Source: Dehalococcoidales bacterium (lineage in GTDB: Bacteria > Chloroflexota > Dehalococcoidia > Dehalococcoidales > RBG-16-60-22). From it: a stretch of 54,652 nucleotides of DNA. The notes under the pieces were generated by a model. It was not told the DNA's origin. It saw only the letters and a list, made by a program, of their open reading frames with translations, and did no database searches. Positions 17,589 through 26,173 of this stretch are shown piece by piece (the stretch's first letter is position 1; every line of letters starts with the position of its first letter). Made by a program: the position numbers and the translations under genes. Where the stretch lies: NCBI GenBank assembly GCA_034420195.1, contig DAOULO010000050.1:1-54652 (forward strand), read 5' to 3'.

Positions 17589-18353
17589 TTATTGAACCAC
17601 AAAGCTTCCAATATCTGACCAATATCCAGGAGCGATTGGCATTATAGGCCTTACTCGCCAAAAATAGGTCATGTTTTCACCAGTAGTTGCCTCGTATTTA
17701 AATGTTGTATTTCTAATACTGTTACTACCTGTTGCATTAACGACTGGAATTGGAAAGTCAGGACTCGTAGCAATTAGTAATTCATACGCTACAGCGTTAG
17801 GGACTTCTTGCCAAACTAATTCTATTTTCCCATCCGAAATTACTGCTCCATTAGGAGGAGATATTAGTACTGTTTGACGAATGTGCAGAGAAAACTTATA
17901 TACTAAATAAACGACTGATTCAATGTAATTGGCTACATCCTCAATTTTTGGTATGTCGATTTGTTCGTTATCAATTTTGAGTCCCTTTCTATCTATTTGC
18001 CTTTTAATTCTTTCAAGAGAATCTTGTGTTTTACCTTTATGCCAATAAGAATGTACGAATTGATTCCTCTTTTCGTTTACGTTTGTAACCTGCGAGAACA
18101 TTTCCTTAGCGTAATTTGGTAAGTCGTCATCTCGCCCGATGTTATATTTTTGCATATATAATGCTTTTAACATAGCTAATAAACGTGAAAATGCTAATCC
18201 TGCTGTAACAACGCTCGCGCCTTCTATTCCCATTAAAATATTGATGCAATCTATTATTAGTTCTTCAATCAATCCAAACTTAACAGTAATCTTGCCCATT
18301 GCCTTGATAAAGGCTTCATTATAAATTATCTTCTCTTGATACGGTTTCTTCAT
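17589..18353 (-). CDS. AT-rich foreign gene: HEPN-like N-terminal domain (RNQFVH) fused to an S-layer-stalk-type beta-sandwich domain
   Basis: 254 aa with no signal peptide or TM helix. The helical N-terminal half contains NEKRNQFVHSYW, which fits the HEPN Rx4H motif with Asn after Arg. About 90 C-terminal aa (ISPPNGAV...VWQEVPNAVAYELLIATSPDF...TYFWRVRP...YWSDIGSFVV) align with the stalk domains of both large surface proteins. Sampled 60-nt lines are 28-32% GC, against 68% just outside. Confidence 0.6.
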   Translation of the reverse strand: MKKPYQEKIIYNEAFIKAMGKITVKFGLIEELIIDCINILMGIEGASVVTAGLAFSRLLAMLKALYMQKYNIGRDDDLPNYAKEMFSQVTNVNEKRNQFVHSYWHKGKTQDSLERIKRQIDRKGLKIDNEQIDIPKIEDVANYIESVVYLVYKFSLHIRQTVLISPPNGAVISDGKIELVWQEVPNAVAYELLIATSPDFPIPVVNATGSNSIRNTTFKYEATTGENMTYFWRVRPIMPIAPGYWSDIGSFVVQ

Positions 18354-18377
18354 TAACTAAATTTTCTCTCCTCCCCC

Positions 18378-19691
18378 TCACTTATACCTCTTAACTTCAA
18401 ATCTATAAAGCTCCACCGGCTCGTCCGGGCCGATGCCGCCCTTCTGGCGGCAAATCTCAATCTGCTGCGCGGCGGTGTCCACGCCCTCCAGGTCGGGCAG
18501 GAGCAGGCCGCGCTGCCAGCCGGCGGCGACGATGACGCCGTACTTGCTGGGGTCGAGTGAGCTTTCGTCTTTTATCTTTTCGGGCGGGGTGAGCACGTCC
18601 ACGCTGTAGTCCAAATCGGCCAGCTCGTCGGGGGTGATAGCGTTGAAGCGGGGGTCGCGAGTGGCCGAGCTGACGGCGTTGGTGATAATTTCCTCGGCCA
18701 CGTTGGGCTGCTGCGGCTCGAAGGTGCCGATGCAGCCGCGCAGCGCCCCGCGCTTGTGGATGGAGACAAAGACCCCGGCCTGCGCCCGCATCTCTGGGGT
18801 GAGGGTCTGGGGGGGTGGGGGCGTACGACCCTCCCGGACGTAGCTTTCCACGGTCGCTTTAGCCAGCTCCACCAGGGGATGGCGCGCCGCCTTGAAGATG
18901 ACCCCGGCGTAGCCGACGACGGCGTCGTAGTCGCCGGTGGTGTCGCCGCTGGTCTGGTACTTCACCAGCTCGGCGCCGCTGGCCCCCAGCTCTCTGGCGG
19001 CGGTTATCAGCGCGACCACCGGCCCGTGGGCGCACATGGAGATGTTCAGTGCCTCGTAGCGGCGGGTAAGCTCGTCGGCGTCGAGGGCGAGCATGGCCTC
19101 AATGGCGGCCCGGTCCTTCTTCTCGGCGACGGCCTGCGGCTCGTAGTGGGTCATGTCGCCGCTGGCGATGATTACCGCCTCGCGTTTTAATTTCTGCATG
19201 GCCTTGGCGATGCCCTGGCCGACCTCCTGGTAGGCCTGAGCGGGGGCGTGGGCCAGGATGATGGGGACGATTCGGATATCCGGCTGGAAATACTGCAGGA
19301 AGGGCAGCTGCACCTCCACGGCGTGCTCCTGGCGATGGGCGGCCTCGTCGGCCTCGGCGTACTTGGAGGCGGCGATAATCCCCTGCGCCAGCTCGGTATC
19401 GGTCTTGACGTCGCCCAGGGGCGTGCGCCACGTTCCCTCGGCCATGACGCTGAAGGGCTTGCCCAGGCCACTGTGGCTGGGCCCCATGATGACGAAGGTC
19501 TCCTTGAACTTGAGGCGGGAGACGACCGCCCCGGCCACCGCCCCGGAATAGGGGTAGCCGGCGTGGGGCAGCAGCGCGCCGACGGCGTCCTCTTTAGGCG
19601 CCTGCTTATCAATAAACACCTCCAACATTTCGCGGATTTCGGTCGCCGAGCCGGGGTAGTACCGCCCGGCGGCGTAAGGATTTCTTATCAT
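18378..19691 (-). CDS. AmmeMemoRadiSam system protein B (Memo-like) fused to protein A (AMMECR1 domain)
   Basis: I trimmed the ORF to the ATG at 19691 ([14 protein letters not shown]...). The Memo block is [11 protein letters not shown]. The C-terminal AMMECR1 block is [21 protein letters not shown]. The start abuts the stop of the radical SAM gene. Confidence 0.88.
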   Translation of the reverse strand: MIRNPYAAGRYYPGSATEIREMLEVFIDKQAPKEDAVGALLPHAGYPYSGAVAGAVVSRLKFKETFVIMGPSHSGLGKPFSVMAEGTWRTPLGDVKTDTELAQGIIAASKYAEADEAAHRQEHAVEVQLPFLQYFQPDIRIVPIILAHAPAQAYQEVGQGIAKAMQKLKREAVIIASGDMTHYEPQAVAEKKDRAAIEAMLALDADELTRRYEALNISMCAHGPVVALITAARELGASGAELVKYQTSGDTTGDYDAVVGYAGVIFKAARHPLVELAKATVESYVREGRTPPPPQTLTPEMRAQAGVFVSIHKRGALRGCIGTFEPQQPNVAEEIITNAVSSATRDPRFNAITPDELADLDYSVDVLTPPEKIKDESSLDPSKYGVIVAAGWQRGLLLPDLEGVDTAAQQIEICRQKGGIGPDEPVELYRFEVKRYK

Positions 19692-19692
19692 C

Positions 19693-20718
19693 TCACCCCT
19701 CCCTGGGGCGGAAATTGAGCTCCGCCCCGCACGACCGGCATTTGGAGCCGTTAAGCCCCCCGGCATCCGTTTCGTAGCCGTACCTCTTCACGGCAGCCTT
19801 ACCGCAGGCCGGGCAGCGGGTGCTCTCGCTCTGGTGGCCGGGGACGTTGCCGGCGTAAACGAACTTGAGCCCCGCCTTTTCCCCGATGGTGACGGCCCGC
19901 TCGATGGTCTCCAGGGGGGTGGGCGGCAGGTGGGTGAGGTGGTGGTGGGGGTGGAAGCGGGTGACGTGCCAGGGAGTCAGCTCGCCCAGGTTATCGTGTA
20001 TCCACCCGGCGATGCCGCCAAGCTGCGTCTCGTCGTCGTTCATGGTGGGGATGATGTTGGTGACCACCTCCACGTGCATGTCCCACTTGTCCTTGGCCCG
20101 CCGGGTAACGTCCAGAATCTCGCGCCAGTGGGGAATGCCCGCCAGCTGTTTATAAAACTCGTCGGAGAAGCCCTTGATGTCCACCCGCCAGGCGTCCAGG
20201 TAGGGGCCGATGGTATCCAGCGCCTCCGGGGTGGCGTAGCCGTTGGTCACGTAGACAGTGTAGAGACCGGCCTCCTTGGCCAGTTTGGCCGATTCCAGCG
20301 TGTGCTCCAGCCAGATGACCGGCTCGTTGTAGGTCCAGGCCATGCCCCGGCAGCCGTATTTTTGGGCCAGCGCCACCGATTGCTCGGGGGAAAGCTCGCG
20401 GCAGCCGTGGCTGAGGGCGCTGCCGTCGGCGGTGGAGATTTCCCAGTTCTGGCAGTGCTTGCAGTGGAAGTTGCAGCCCAGCGTCCCCAGCGAGAAACAG
20501 AGCGTGCCGGGGTAAAAGTGGAAGAGGGGTTTCTTCTCGATAGGGTCGGCGGCCAGGGACGAGACCCGCCCGTAGTTGAGGTTATTGAGGGTGCCGTCCT
20601 GGTTCTGGTACATGCCGCAGACGCCGTATTTGCCCGGATTGATGCGGCAGCGCCACTGGCAGGTTGAGCACCTTACCCTGGAGTCCGGCAGTTTTTCGTA
20701 AAGCACGGCCTCGCGCAT
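19693..20718 (-). CDS. AmmeMemoRadiSam system radical SAM enzyme
   Basis: 341 aa. The radical SAM cluster motif is [11 protein letters not shown]. An N-terminal Cys-rich segment ([17 protein letters not shown]) and C-terminal CPACG...CRSCG are typical of this family. Confidence 0.9.
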   Translation of the reverse strand: MREAVLYEKLPDSRVRCSTCQWRCRINPGKYGVCGMYQNQDGTLNNLNYGRVSSLAADPIEKKPLFHFYPGTLCFSLGTLGCNFHCKHCQNWEISTADGSALSHGCRELSPEQSVALAQKYGCRGMAWTYNEPVIWLEHTLESAKLAKEAGLYTVYVTNGYATPEALDTIGPYLDAWRVDIKGFSDEFYKQLAGIPHWREILDVTRRAKDKWDMHVEVVTNIIPTMNDDETQLGGIAGWIHDNLGELTPWHVTRFHPHHHLTHLPPTPLETIERAVTIGEKAGLKFVYAGNVPGHQSESTRCPACGKAAVKRYGYETDAGGLNGSKCRSCGAELNFRPREG

Positions 20719-20786
20719 GGCTGGCCCCCCGATGACCTAAAGTAATTATAACACCGGGCTAAAGTCAAGCAAAGTAGCGGCCCTTT

Positions 20787-20971
20787 GCCCCGCCCCTCCA
20801 CCAGATTTTCTTTCCCACCCGGCCCGCCCGGTGGCATCCTGCCACTACTCAGCGGGGTTTTCTCCCCACCCCACGCATTATCGGGTGGCGGGGTAAGAAC
20901 TTGGGGCTAAGCCGCGTATGTGCCGAGGGTGGCCTGGGTGGGAATAGATATCTCCGATGGGGTGGCGGGGG
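20787..20971. repeat. Composite BIME/MITE-like element (two inverted family-A-type units)
   Basis: The left end is GCCCCGCCCCTCCACC..TTTTCTTTCCCACCCGGCCCGCC. The right end is GGCCTGGGTGGGAATAGATATC..GATGGGGTGGCGGGGG. The left unit (…GTGGCATCCTGCCACTACTC…) is nearly identical to 37001-37068. Confidence 0.8.
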
Positions 20972-20986
20972 CAAAAGTCCCCGGTA

Positions 20987-22195
20987 TCAGCCGGTCAGCC
21001 CCACCCAGGCGGCGAAGTCCACCGGCACCAGCGGCGAGAGGATGATAAAAGAAAGCAGGTGCGCCGCCAGAAAGCCGATGACGATAACCAGCGCCGCCCA
21101 GCGGAGCTTGCCGGACGGCCGCTCCTTAAAGAACCGCAGCAGCCGCTCCAGTATCAGCCCCACCCCGATACAGACGGCCCCCACCGTCGGGTAGAAGTAG
21201 AAGATATAGCTCACCCGGTCGGTGACGAGGACGGCCAGCACCCAGAGCAGGTAGGTGCCGGTGAACCAGGCCACCCCGAACCGCGCCGCGTTGCTGCCCT
21301 TGACGGCCCGGTAGACCATGTAGCCGAAGGAGGGGACGATTAAGGCCCAGATGGTGAAGCTGATGGCGGCGGTGTAGTGGGGCATTATCCAGTAGGCCAT
21401 CGGCTTGTAGAGATAGAGCCACTCCCAGGGGTAGCTCTTGGAGGGGTGGTCGACGGCGGCGTAGGTCAGGGTGCCGCTCTGGGTGAGCATCGTCTTGATG
21501 CGCGTGATGGGGTCGACGAAGCCGTCGAAAGTGCGCACGATGGCCAGGTCGAAAATTATCATGAAATAGATAAAGACCACGATGGCGAAGAAGATAGTGA
21601 TGAGGAACCATTTGTTATCGCGCCACCCCCTGGTGAAGAGCCAGTGGATGCCCAACACCGGCCCGGCCAGGGCCCCGCTGAGCTTGGCCAGGGCGCTCAG
21701 GCCCACGGCGACACCGGTGGCGATGTAGCGCCGCTGCAGGTAGAGCAGGAAGGCCGCCAGCATGATGGTGACGTAAAAGACATCCAGCATGGCCACGCTG
21801 GCCTGCAGAAAGGTGAGGTTCTCCAGGCCGAGCAGAAAGGCAGCGATAGACGCCGCCCGCCGCGACATATCCAGCCGGCGGCAGATGAGGTAAAAGAGGA
21901 CGATGCCGGCGGTGCCGAAGAGGATGGGGAAAATCCGCCAGCCCCAGGGGTTATCGCCGAAGACGGTGATGCCGGTCACCACAAAGAGTTTGCCCAGCGG
22001 CGGGTGCTCGATGCGCTGGGTCTCGGCATCGCTGATGATAAGCCGGGCGTCCTTGACGTAGTGCTGCTCGTCCAGGATGAGGTCGGAGGGGTTGGTGATG
22101 ATGGCAAAATGCATCGCCAGCGTCGCCAGGACGATGATAAAGAGCCAGAAATACTCCCAGCGGTAAAAGCGGGTCAGCCGACTTTTTATCTCCAT
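20987..22195 (-). CDS. GT39/PMT_2-type (ArnT-like) polyprenol-phosphate-sugar-dependent glycosyltransferase
   Basis: 402 aa with about 10 TM helices. The N-terminal loop LILDEQHYVKDA...IEHPPLGK is the family's DE motif plus the HPPL block. Confidence 0.85.
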   Translation of the reverse strand: MEIKSRLTRFYRWEYFWLFIIVLATLAMHFAIITNPSDLILDEQHYVKDARLIISDAETQRIEHPPLGKLFVVTGITVFGDNPWGWRIFPILFGTAGIVLFYLICRRLDMSRRAASIAAFLLGLENLTFLQASVAMLDVFYVTIMLAAFLLYLQRRYIATGVAVGLSALAKLSGALAGPVLGIHWLFTRGWRDNKWFLITIFFAIVVFIYFMIIFDLAIVRTFDGFVDPITRIKTMLTQSGTLTYAAVDHPSKSYPWEWLYLYKPMAYWIMPHYTAAISFTIWALIVPSFGYMVYRAVKGSNAARFGVAWFTGTYLLWVLAVLVTDRVSYIFYFYPTVGAVCIGVGLILERLLRFFKERPSGKLRWAALVIVIGFLAAHLLSFIILSPLVPVDFAAWVGLTG

Positions 22196-23256
22196 GTCCA
22201 GTGCCGGTTAATGAAGTAATTCCAGATGAAGGCCACGACGATGCCGATGATGTTGGAGACCAGGTAGTATACCCCGGCGACATCGGTAAACAGCCGGAGC
22301 AGGGCGTACTGAATCCCGGCGCCGGTCAGGCAGATAAGATTGAACTTGAGGAGGCGCCCCAGAAAGGACTTGCCGGCGCGCTGCCGGGCGAAGGTGAAGA
22401 AATCGTTGAGGATAAAATTGGTGATGATGGACGCCTCAATGCCGACAATCGCCGACAGGTAGTATTTCAGGCCGCCGTATTCCGTCAGCAGCCAGAGGAA
22501 GCCCTGATTTACCGCGATGCCGCTGATACCCACGGCGGTAAACTTGATGACCATGGCCAGCTCGCCGGTGCGGGCCATCAGGCTGAAGATATGGCGCAGG
22601 TATTCCAGCTGGGTACTCGCCTTGAGCTTGGAGGCCCCGGCGCTGCGGTCTTCGAAGATAAAGGGCACCTCGCGGACGTCTTTAAAATCCCCGACGAGCA
22701 TAATCTCCAGGAGTATCTTGTAGCCGATGGGCTTAAACCGGGCGTCGCCCAGTCTATCCCGCCGGAACATGAAGAAGCCGCTCATGGGGTCTTTCACCCG
22801 CCGCGACAAAGGCAGCAACAGGTGGGAAATATTCAGGGCCACCTTGGAGATAATCCGCCGCACCAGCCCCCACTGCGGGCAGCCCCCGCCCGGGACGTAG
22901 CGGCTGGCCACCACCAGGTCGGCCCCGGCGTCGATGGCCCCGACCAGCTTGGGCAGGACCTCCGGCGGGTGCTGCAGGTCGGCGTCCATAACGCCGATAA
23001 CCTGCCCTTCGGCGTGGGCCAGCCCGTGGAGGACGGCCGTGGCCAGCCCCTTCTCATCGCGGCGGACGAGGACGCGCACCGGGTGCTCCGCCGCCAGCGC
23101 CTCGGCGGCGGCGATGGTGCCGTCGGTGCTGTTATCGTCCACCAGCAGTATCTCGTAGTCCTGGCCGGCCAGGGCCGCGGCGATTCTCTCGACGAGGGGG
23201 ACGACATTATCCCGCTCGTTATAGGTGGGTACGATGACGGAAAGCTTCTCTTGCAT
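22186..23256 (-). CDS. Polyprenol/dolichol-phosphate mannose synthase-like GT2 fused to a GtrA-like membrane domain
   Basis: 356 aa. Motifs are VIVPTYNERDN, LVDDNSTDGT and MDADLQHPP. Four C-terminal TM helices carry the GtrA pattern (...FTAVGISGIAVNQ...NFILNDFFTF...). It overlaps the GT39 gene by 10 nt. Confidence 0.88.
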   Translation of the reverse strand: MQEKLSVIVPTYNERDNVVPLVERIAAALAGQDYEILLVDDNSTDGTIAAAEALAAEHPVRVLVRRDEKGLATAVLHGLAHAEGQVIGVMDADLQHPPEVLPKLVGAIDAGADLVVASRYVPGGGCPQWGLVRRIISKVALNISHLLLPLSRRVKDPMSGFFMFRRDRLGDARFKPIGYKILLEIMLVGDFKDVREVPFIFEDRSAGASKLKASTQLEYLRHIFSLMARTGELAMVIKFTAVGISGIAVNQGFLWLLTEYGGLKYYLSAIVGIEASIITNFILNDFFTFARQRAGKSFLGRLLKFNLICLTGAGIQYALLRLFTDVAGVYYLVSNIIGIVVAFIWNYFINRHWTWR

Positions 23257-23387
23257 CGGGAATCTCCCTCTCGTCCTTAGTCGCCGGTGCGGCCGTGCTG
23301 CCCTATTATACCCCTTTACGAAACAGTCTTAAAGGATTATAATATATTGGTCTGTTTTAGTCCTAAAAATTCAGCCGGGGGTGAAGC

Positions 23388-24287
23388 TTGGGCGTTCTTT
23401 ATATTGTCTCGGTGGCGGCGGGCGCCGGCAAGACGGCCATCGGCGCCGGTCTGGCCCGGAACCTGACGAAAGAAGGCAAAAAGGTGGGCTATCTGACGTC
23501 CGGCGCTAGCGACGGCGATGCCGCCTTTATGCAGGAAGTCCTGGGGGCTACCGGGGGTAAAGAGGTCGTCCTGGCCGAAGGCCGCCTCGGGGCGAAGGTG
23601 GACGACCCCGTGACGCAGGACGCCTACGCCGCCGCCAAAGATAAGCAGGCCAAGGTCATCGCCATCGAGGTCTACTCCGGTCAAAAGAGCCAATATGCCG
23701 ATGTCTACCGGGGCTTCGGCAAGGCCCTGCTGGGCGTGGTTATCAACAAAGTCCCGGTAAGCCAGCTGGAGCGCGCCGCTGCCGATGCCGCCAGACAGTT
23801 CGGGGCGGCGGGTATCAAGGTGCTGGGGGTCATCCCCGAAGACCGCGCCCTGCTGGCCGTCTCCGTCGGCGAGCTGGCCGCCATCGTCGGGGGGAAGCTC
23901 CTCAACAACGCCGAGAAGGCGGACGAGCTCGTCGAGAACTACATGCTGGGGGCGATGGTGGTGGACTCTGGCCTAGACTATTTCGCCCGCAAGACCGCCA
24001 AGGCCGCCATCGTCCGGGCCGACCGCCCCGACATGCAGCTGGCCGCCCTGGAAACACCGACGCAGTGCCTCGTCCTCAGCGGCAGCGGCTCCGAGCCGCC
24101 TTTTTATAACGTCCTCCAGAAGGCCGAGGCCCGGGCCATACCCATCATCGCCACCGACCGCCCCGCCGCCGCCATCGTCGACGGCATCGAGGCGGCCCTG
24201 GAGAAAGTCCGCTGCCGCCAGGAGCCAAAGCTCAAGAAACTTACCGAGCTGGTCGAGAAGAACCTGAGTATACCGGCGCTGGCCTGA
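23388..24287 (+). CDS. Phosphotransacetylase-N-terminal-like protein (P-loop AAA_26-like plus DRTGG-type domain)
   Basis: 299 aa with a TTG start. The N-terminus is VAAGAGKTAIGAGLA. The C-terminal half (…CLVLSGSGSEPPFYNVLQKAEARAIPIIATDRPAA) resembles the DRTGG domain found N-terminal to Pta. Confidence 0.6.
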   Translation: MGVLYIVSVAAGAGKTAIGAGLARNLTKEGKKVGYLTSGASDGDAAFMQEVLGATGGKEVVLAEGRLGAKVDDPVTQDAYAAAKDKQAKVIAIEVYSGQKSQYADVYRGFGKALLGVVINKVPVSQLERAAADAARQFGAAGIKVLGVIPEDRALLAVSVGELAAIVGGKLLNNAEKADELVENYMLGAMVVDSGLDYFARKTAKAAIVRADRPDMQLAALETPTQCLVLSGSGSEPPFYNVLQKAEARAIPIIATDRPAAAIVDGIEAALEKVRCRQEPKLKKLTELVEKNLSIPALA

Positions 24288-24432
24288 GCGGCCGGACAGA
24301 AGGGGTGATTATCAACATAGCGGAATAAGCATCAGCCGCGGCTGGCCGTTTTTTCCCGCTCCCGGGCAACCGGGCAGTGGGGAGGTTCCTGGGGTGGCAA
24401 ACTGGCTCGGGGACTTTTTATTTGGGGCGCGG

Positions 24433-24461
24433 TTGCATCAAGCGTACGGATGGTATAAAAT
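24433..24461 (+). promoter_or_regulatory. Candidate promoter of speH-speE
   Basis: TTGCAT (24433-24438), a 17-nt spacer and TAAAAT (24456-24461). GGGGGGCAGGTGA precedes the start codon. Confidence 0.35.
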
Positions 24462-24502
24462 CTGGCTCGTTGCCTGGAAAATCTATAAAGGGGGGCAGGT
24501 GA

Positions 24503-24859
24503 TTGAATGCACTAGGTAGACATTTACTGGTAGAACTGTACGACTGCGACAAGGAGGCATTGAACGACCTGAGCTTGCTCCGGGGGGCCATGGTGAGCGC
24601 CGCCGTTGATTGCGGCGCCGTCGTCCTCGGCGAGTCCTTCCACCGCTTCAGCCCGCAGGGGGTCAGCGGCGTGGTGGTCATCGCCGAGTCCCATCTCTCC
24701 ATCCATACCTGGCCGGAGTACGGCTACGCCGCCGCCGACATCTTTACCTGCGGCACGGCCGTCCGCCCCGAGGTGGCCGCCCAGACCATCATCGACAAGC
24801 TCGGGTGCCGCAACCCATCCCTGACGGAGATACAGAGGGGGCTTCTGGTGACCGTGTAG
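24503..24859 (+). CDS. speH: S-adenosylmethionine decarboxylase proenzyme (small SpeH type)
   Basis: 118 aa. GRHLLVELYDC...VVVIAESHLSIHTWPEYGYAAADIFTCG contains the ES self-cleavage site. Confidence 0.9.
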   Translation: MNALGRHLLVELYDCDKEALNDLSLLRGAMVSAAVDCGAVVLGESFHRFSPQGVSGVVVIAESHLSIHTWPEYGYAAADIFTCGTAVRPEVAAQTIIDKLGCRNPSLTEIQRGLLVTV

Positions 24860-24875
24860 GCCACGGTTTTAAGTT

Positions 24876-25796
24876 ATGGACAGCGACCCTGATAAATGGC
24901 TCGAAGATAAGGTCAACGATGGCTTCGTGCAGCTGCACCGCCTCGACGAAGTGCTGGCGGCCGGGCGCACGCCGTTCCAGGCGTACCAGATTGCCCGCAG
25001 CCGCAACTTCGGCCGGTGCCTGGTGCTGGACGGCAAGATACAGTCCAGCGATGCCGACGAGTTCATCTACCACGAGGCCCTGGTGCAGCCGGCCTTGATT
25101 ACCCACCCCGCGCCGCGGCGCGTCTTTATCGCCGGCGGGGGCGAAGGCGCCACGCTCCGGGAAGTCCTGCGCCACAAGACGGTGGCAAGGGCCGTGATGG
25201 TGGATATCGACGCCGAGGTTATCGCCCTCTGCCGCCGCTACCTGCCCGAGCACAGCGCCGGCGCCTTCGAGGACAGCCGCACCGAGCTGCACCACGCCGA
25301 CGCGCGAAAGTTTCTGGCCGATTCGTCCGATACTTACGACGTCATTATTATCGATTTGCCCGACCCTATCGAAGAGGGGCCGGCCTATTTATTATATACG
25401 CAGGAATTTTACCAGCTGGTCGGCGGCCGGCTCACCGCCGACGGGCTCATCGCCGTGCAGGCGGGGTCCGCCGCGCTGACCGAGCTATTAAACCTGTCCG
25501 CCGTTTATCATACGCTTAAGAGCGTTTTCCCCAGCGTCGCCGCCTACGCCACGCATATGCCCTGTTTCGGCGGCCCCTGGGGTTTCTGCCTGGCCTCGCG
25601 CCGCCACGACCCGGCGGAATTCACCGCCGCTGAAGTGGATAAAAAAATCGCCGCCCGGGGGCTGACCGGCCTGCGCTGCTACGACGGCATCACCCACCGG
25701 GGGATGTTCGCCCTGCCCCGCTACGTGCGCGAGGCCCTGGCCCGCCAGACGCGCCTCATCACCGATGCCCGGCCCCTCTACCTTTACAGCGAGTAA
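24876..25796 (+). CDS. speE: Polyamine aminopropyltransferase (spermidine synthase)
   Basis: 306 aa. Motifs are LVLDGKIQSS..DEFIYHE, IAGGGEGATLREVL, VDIDAEVI and IIIDLPDP. Confidence 0.92.
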   Translation: MDSDPDKWLEDKVNDGFVQLHRLDEVLAAGRTPFQAYQIARSRNFGRCLVLDGKIQSSDADEFIYHEALVQPALITHPAPRRVFIAGGGEGATLREVLRHKTVARAVMVDIDAEVIALCRRYLPEHSAGAFEDSRTELHHADARKFLADSSDTYDVIIIDLPDPIEEGPAYLLYTQEFYQLVGGRLTADGLIAVQAGSAALTELLNLSAVYHTLKSVFPSVAAYATHMPCFGGPWGFCLASRRHDPAEFTAAEVDKKIAARGLTGLRCYDGITHRGMFALPRYVREALARQTRLITDARPLYLYSE

Positions 25797-25819
25797 AGCG
25801 GGGCATTTCCCAAAAGAAC

Positions 25820-25850
25820 AGGCCGGGGAATTGCTCCCCGGCCTATTTTC
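25820..25850. terminator. Bidirectional hairpin terminator between speE and the zinc-ribbon gene
   Basis: GGCCGGGG (25821-25828), a 7-nt loop and CCCCGGCC (25836-25843). It is flanked by CAAAAGAA upstream and TATTTTC downstream. Confidence 0.55.
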
Positions 25851-25870
25851 ATCATCCTTGCGTCGGATGA

Positions 25871-26173
25871 TTACCGGTTGGACCGGATTTTGGTGAAGCA
25901 CTCACTGCAGTAGACCGGACGGCCTTCGCGGGGCTCAAAGGGAACTTCGGTGTCCTTGCCGCATTCGGCGCAAACCGCGGGGAACATCTGGCGGGTGCGG
26001 TAGCCGCCGTCCATGGAGCCGTAGCGCTCGGCCTTTCTCGCCTGACGGCAGGCCGGGCACCGCTTGGGCTCGTTGGTGTAGCCCTTGGACTGGAAGAACT
26101 CCTGCTCCTCGGCACTGAAGGTAAAGGTCGCCCCGCAATCGGCACACTGGAGTGACTTGTCCTCAAAACTCAA
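25871..26173 (-). CDS. Zinc-ribbon protein with two CxxC...CxxC modules (zf-trcl-like)
   Basis: 100 aa with a TTG start 7 nt after GGAGGT. Cysteine pairs are CADCG...CPACR and CAECG...CSEC, with conserved F..SKGY.NEPKRC. Confidence 0.75.
   Translation of the reverse strand: MSFEDKSLQCADCGATFTFSAEEQEFFQSKGYTNEPKRCPACRQARKAERYGSMDGGYRTRQMFPAVCAECGKDTEVPFEPREGRPVYCSECFTKIRSNR

Noticed and set aside
16495-18353. Whether the cassette is part of a prophage or integrative element
   Set aside because: There is no integrase, transposase, tRNA attachment site, direct-repeat att pair or phage structural gene in or next to the cassette. I saw only the compositional anomaly and flanking REP-like elements. 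I therefore report it as a small foreign cassette, not a prophage.
24288-24502. A SAM or polyamine riboswitch upstream of speH
   Set aside because: The region contains a weak terminator-like palindrome (24333-24354) and a plausible promoter (24433-24461). The leader after the promoter is only about 40 nt, too short for a riboswitch aptamer.
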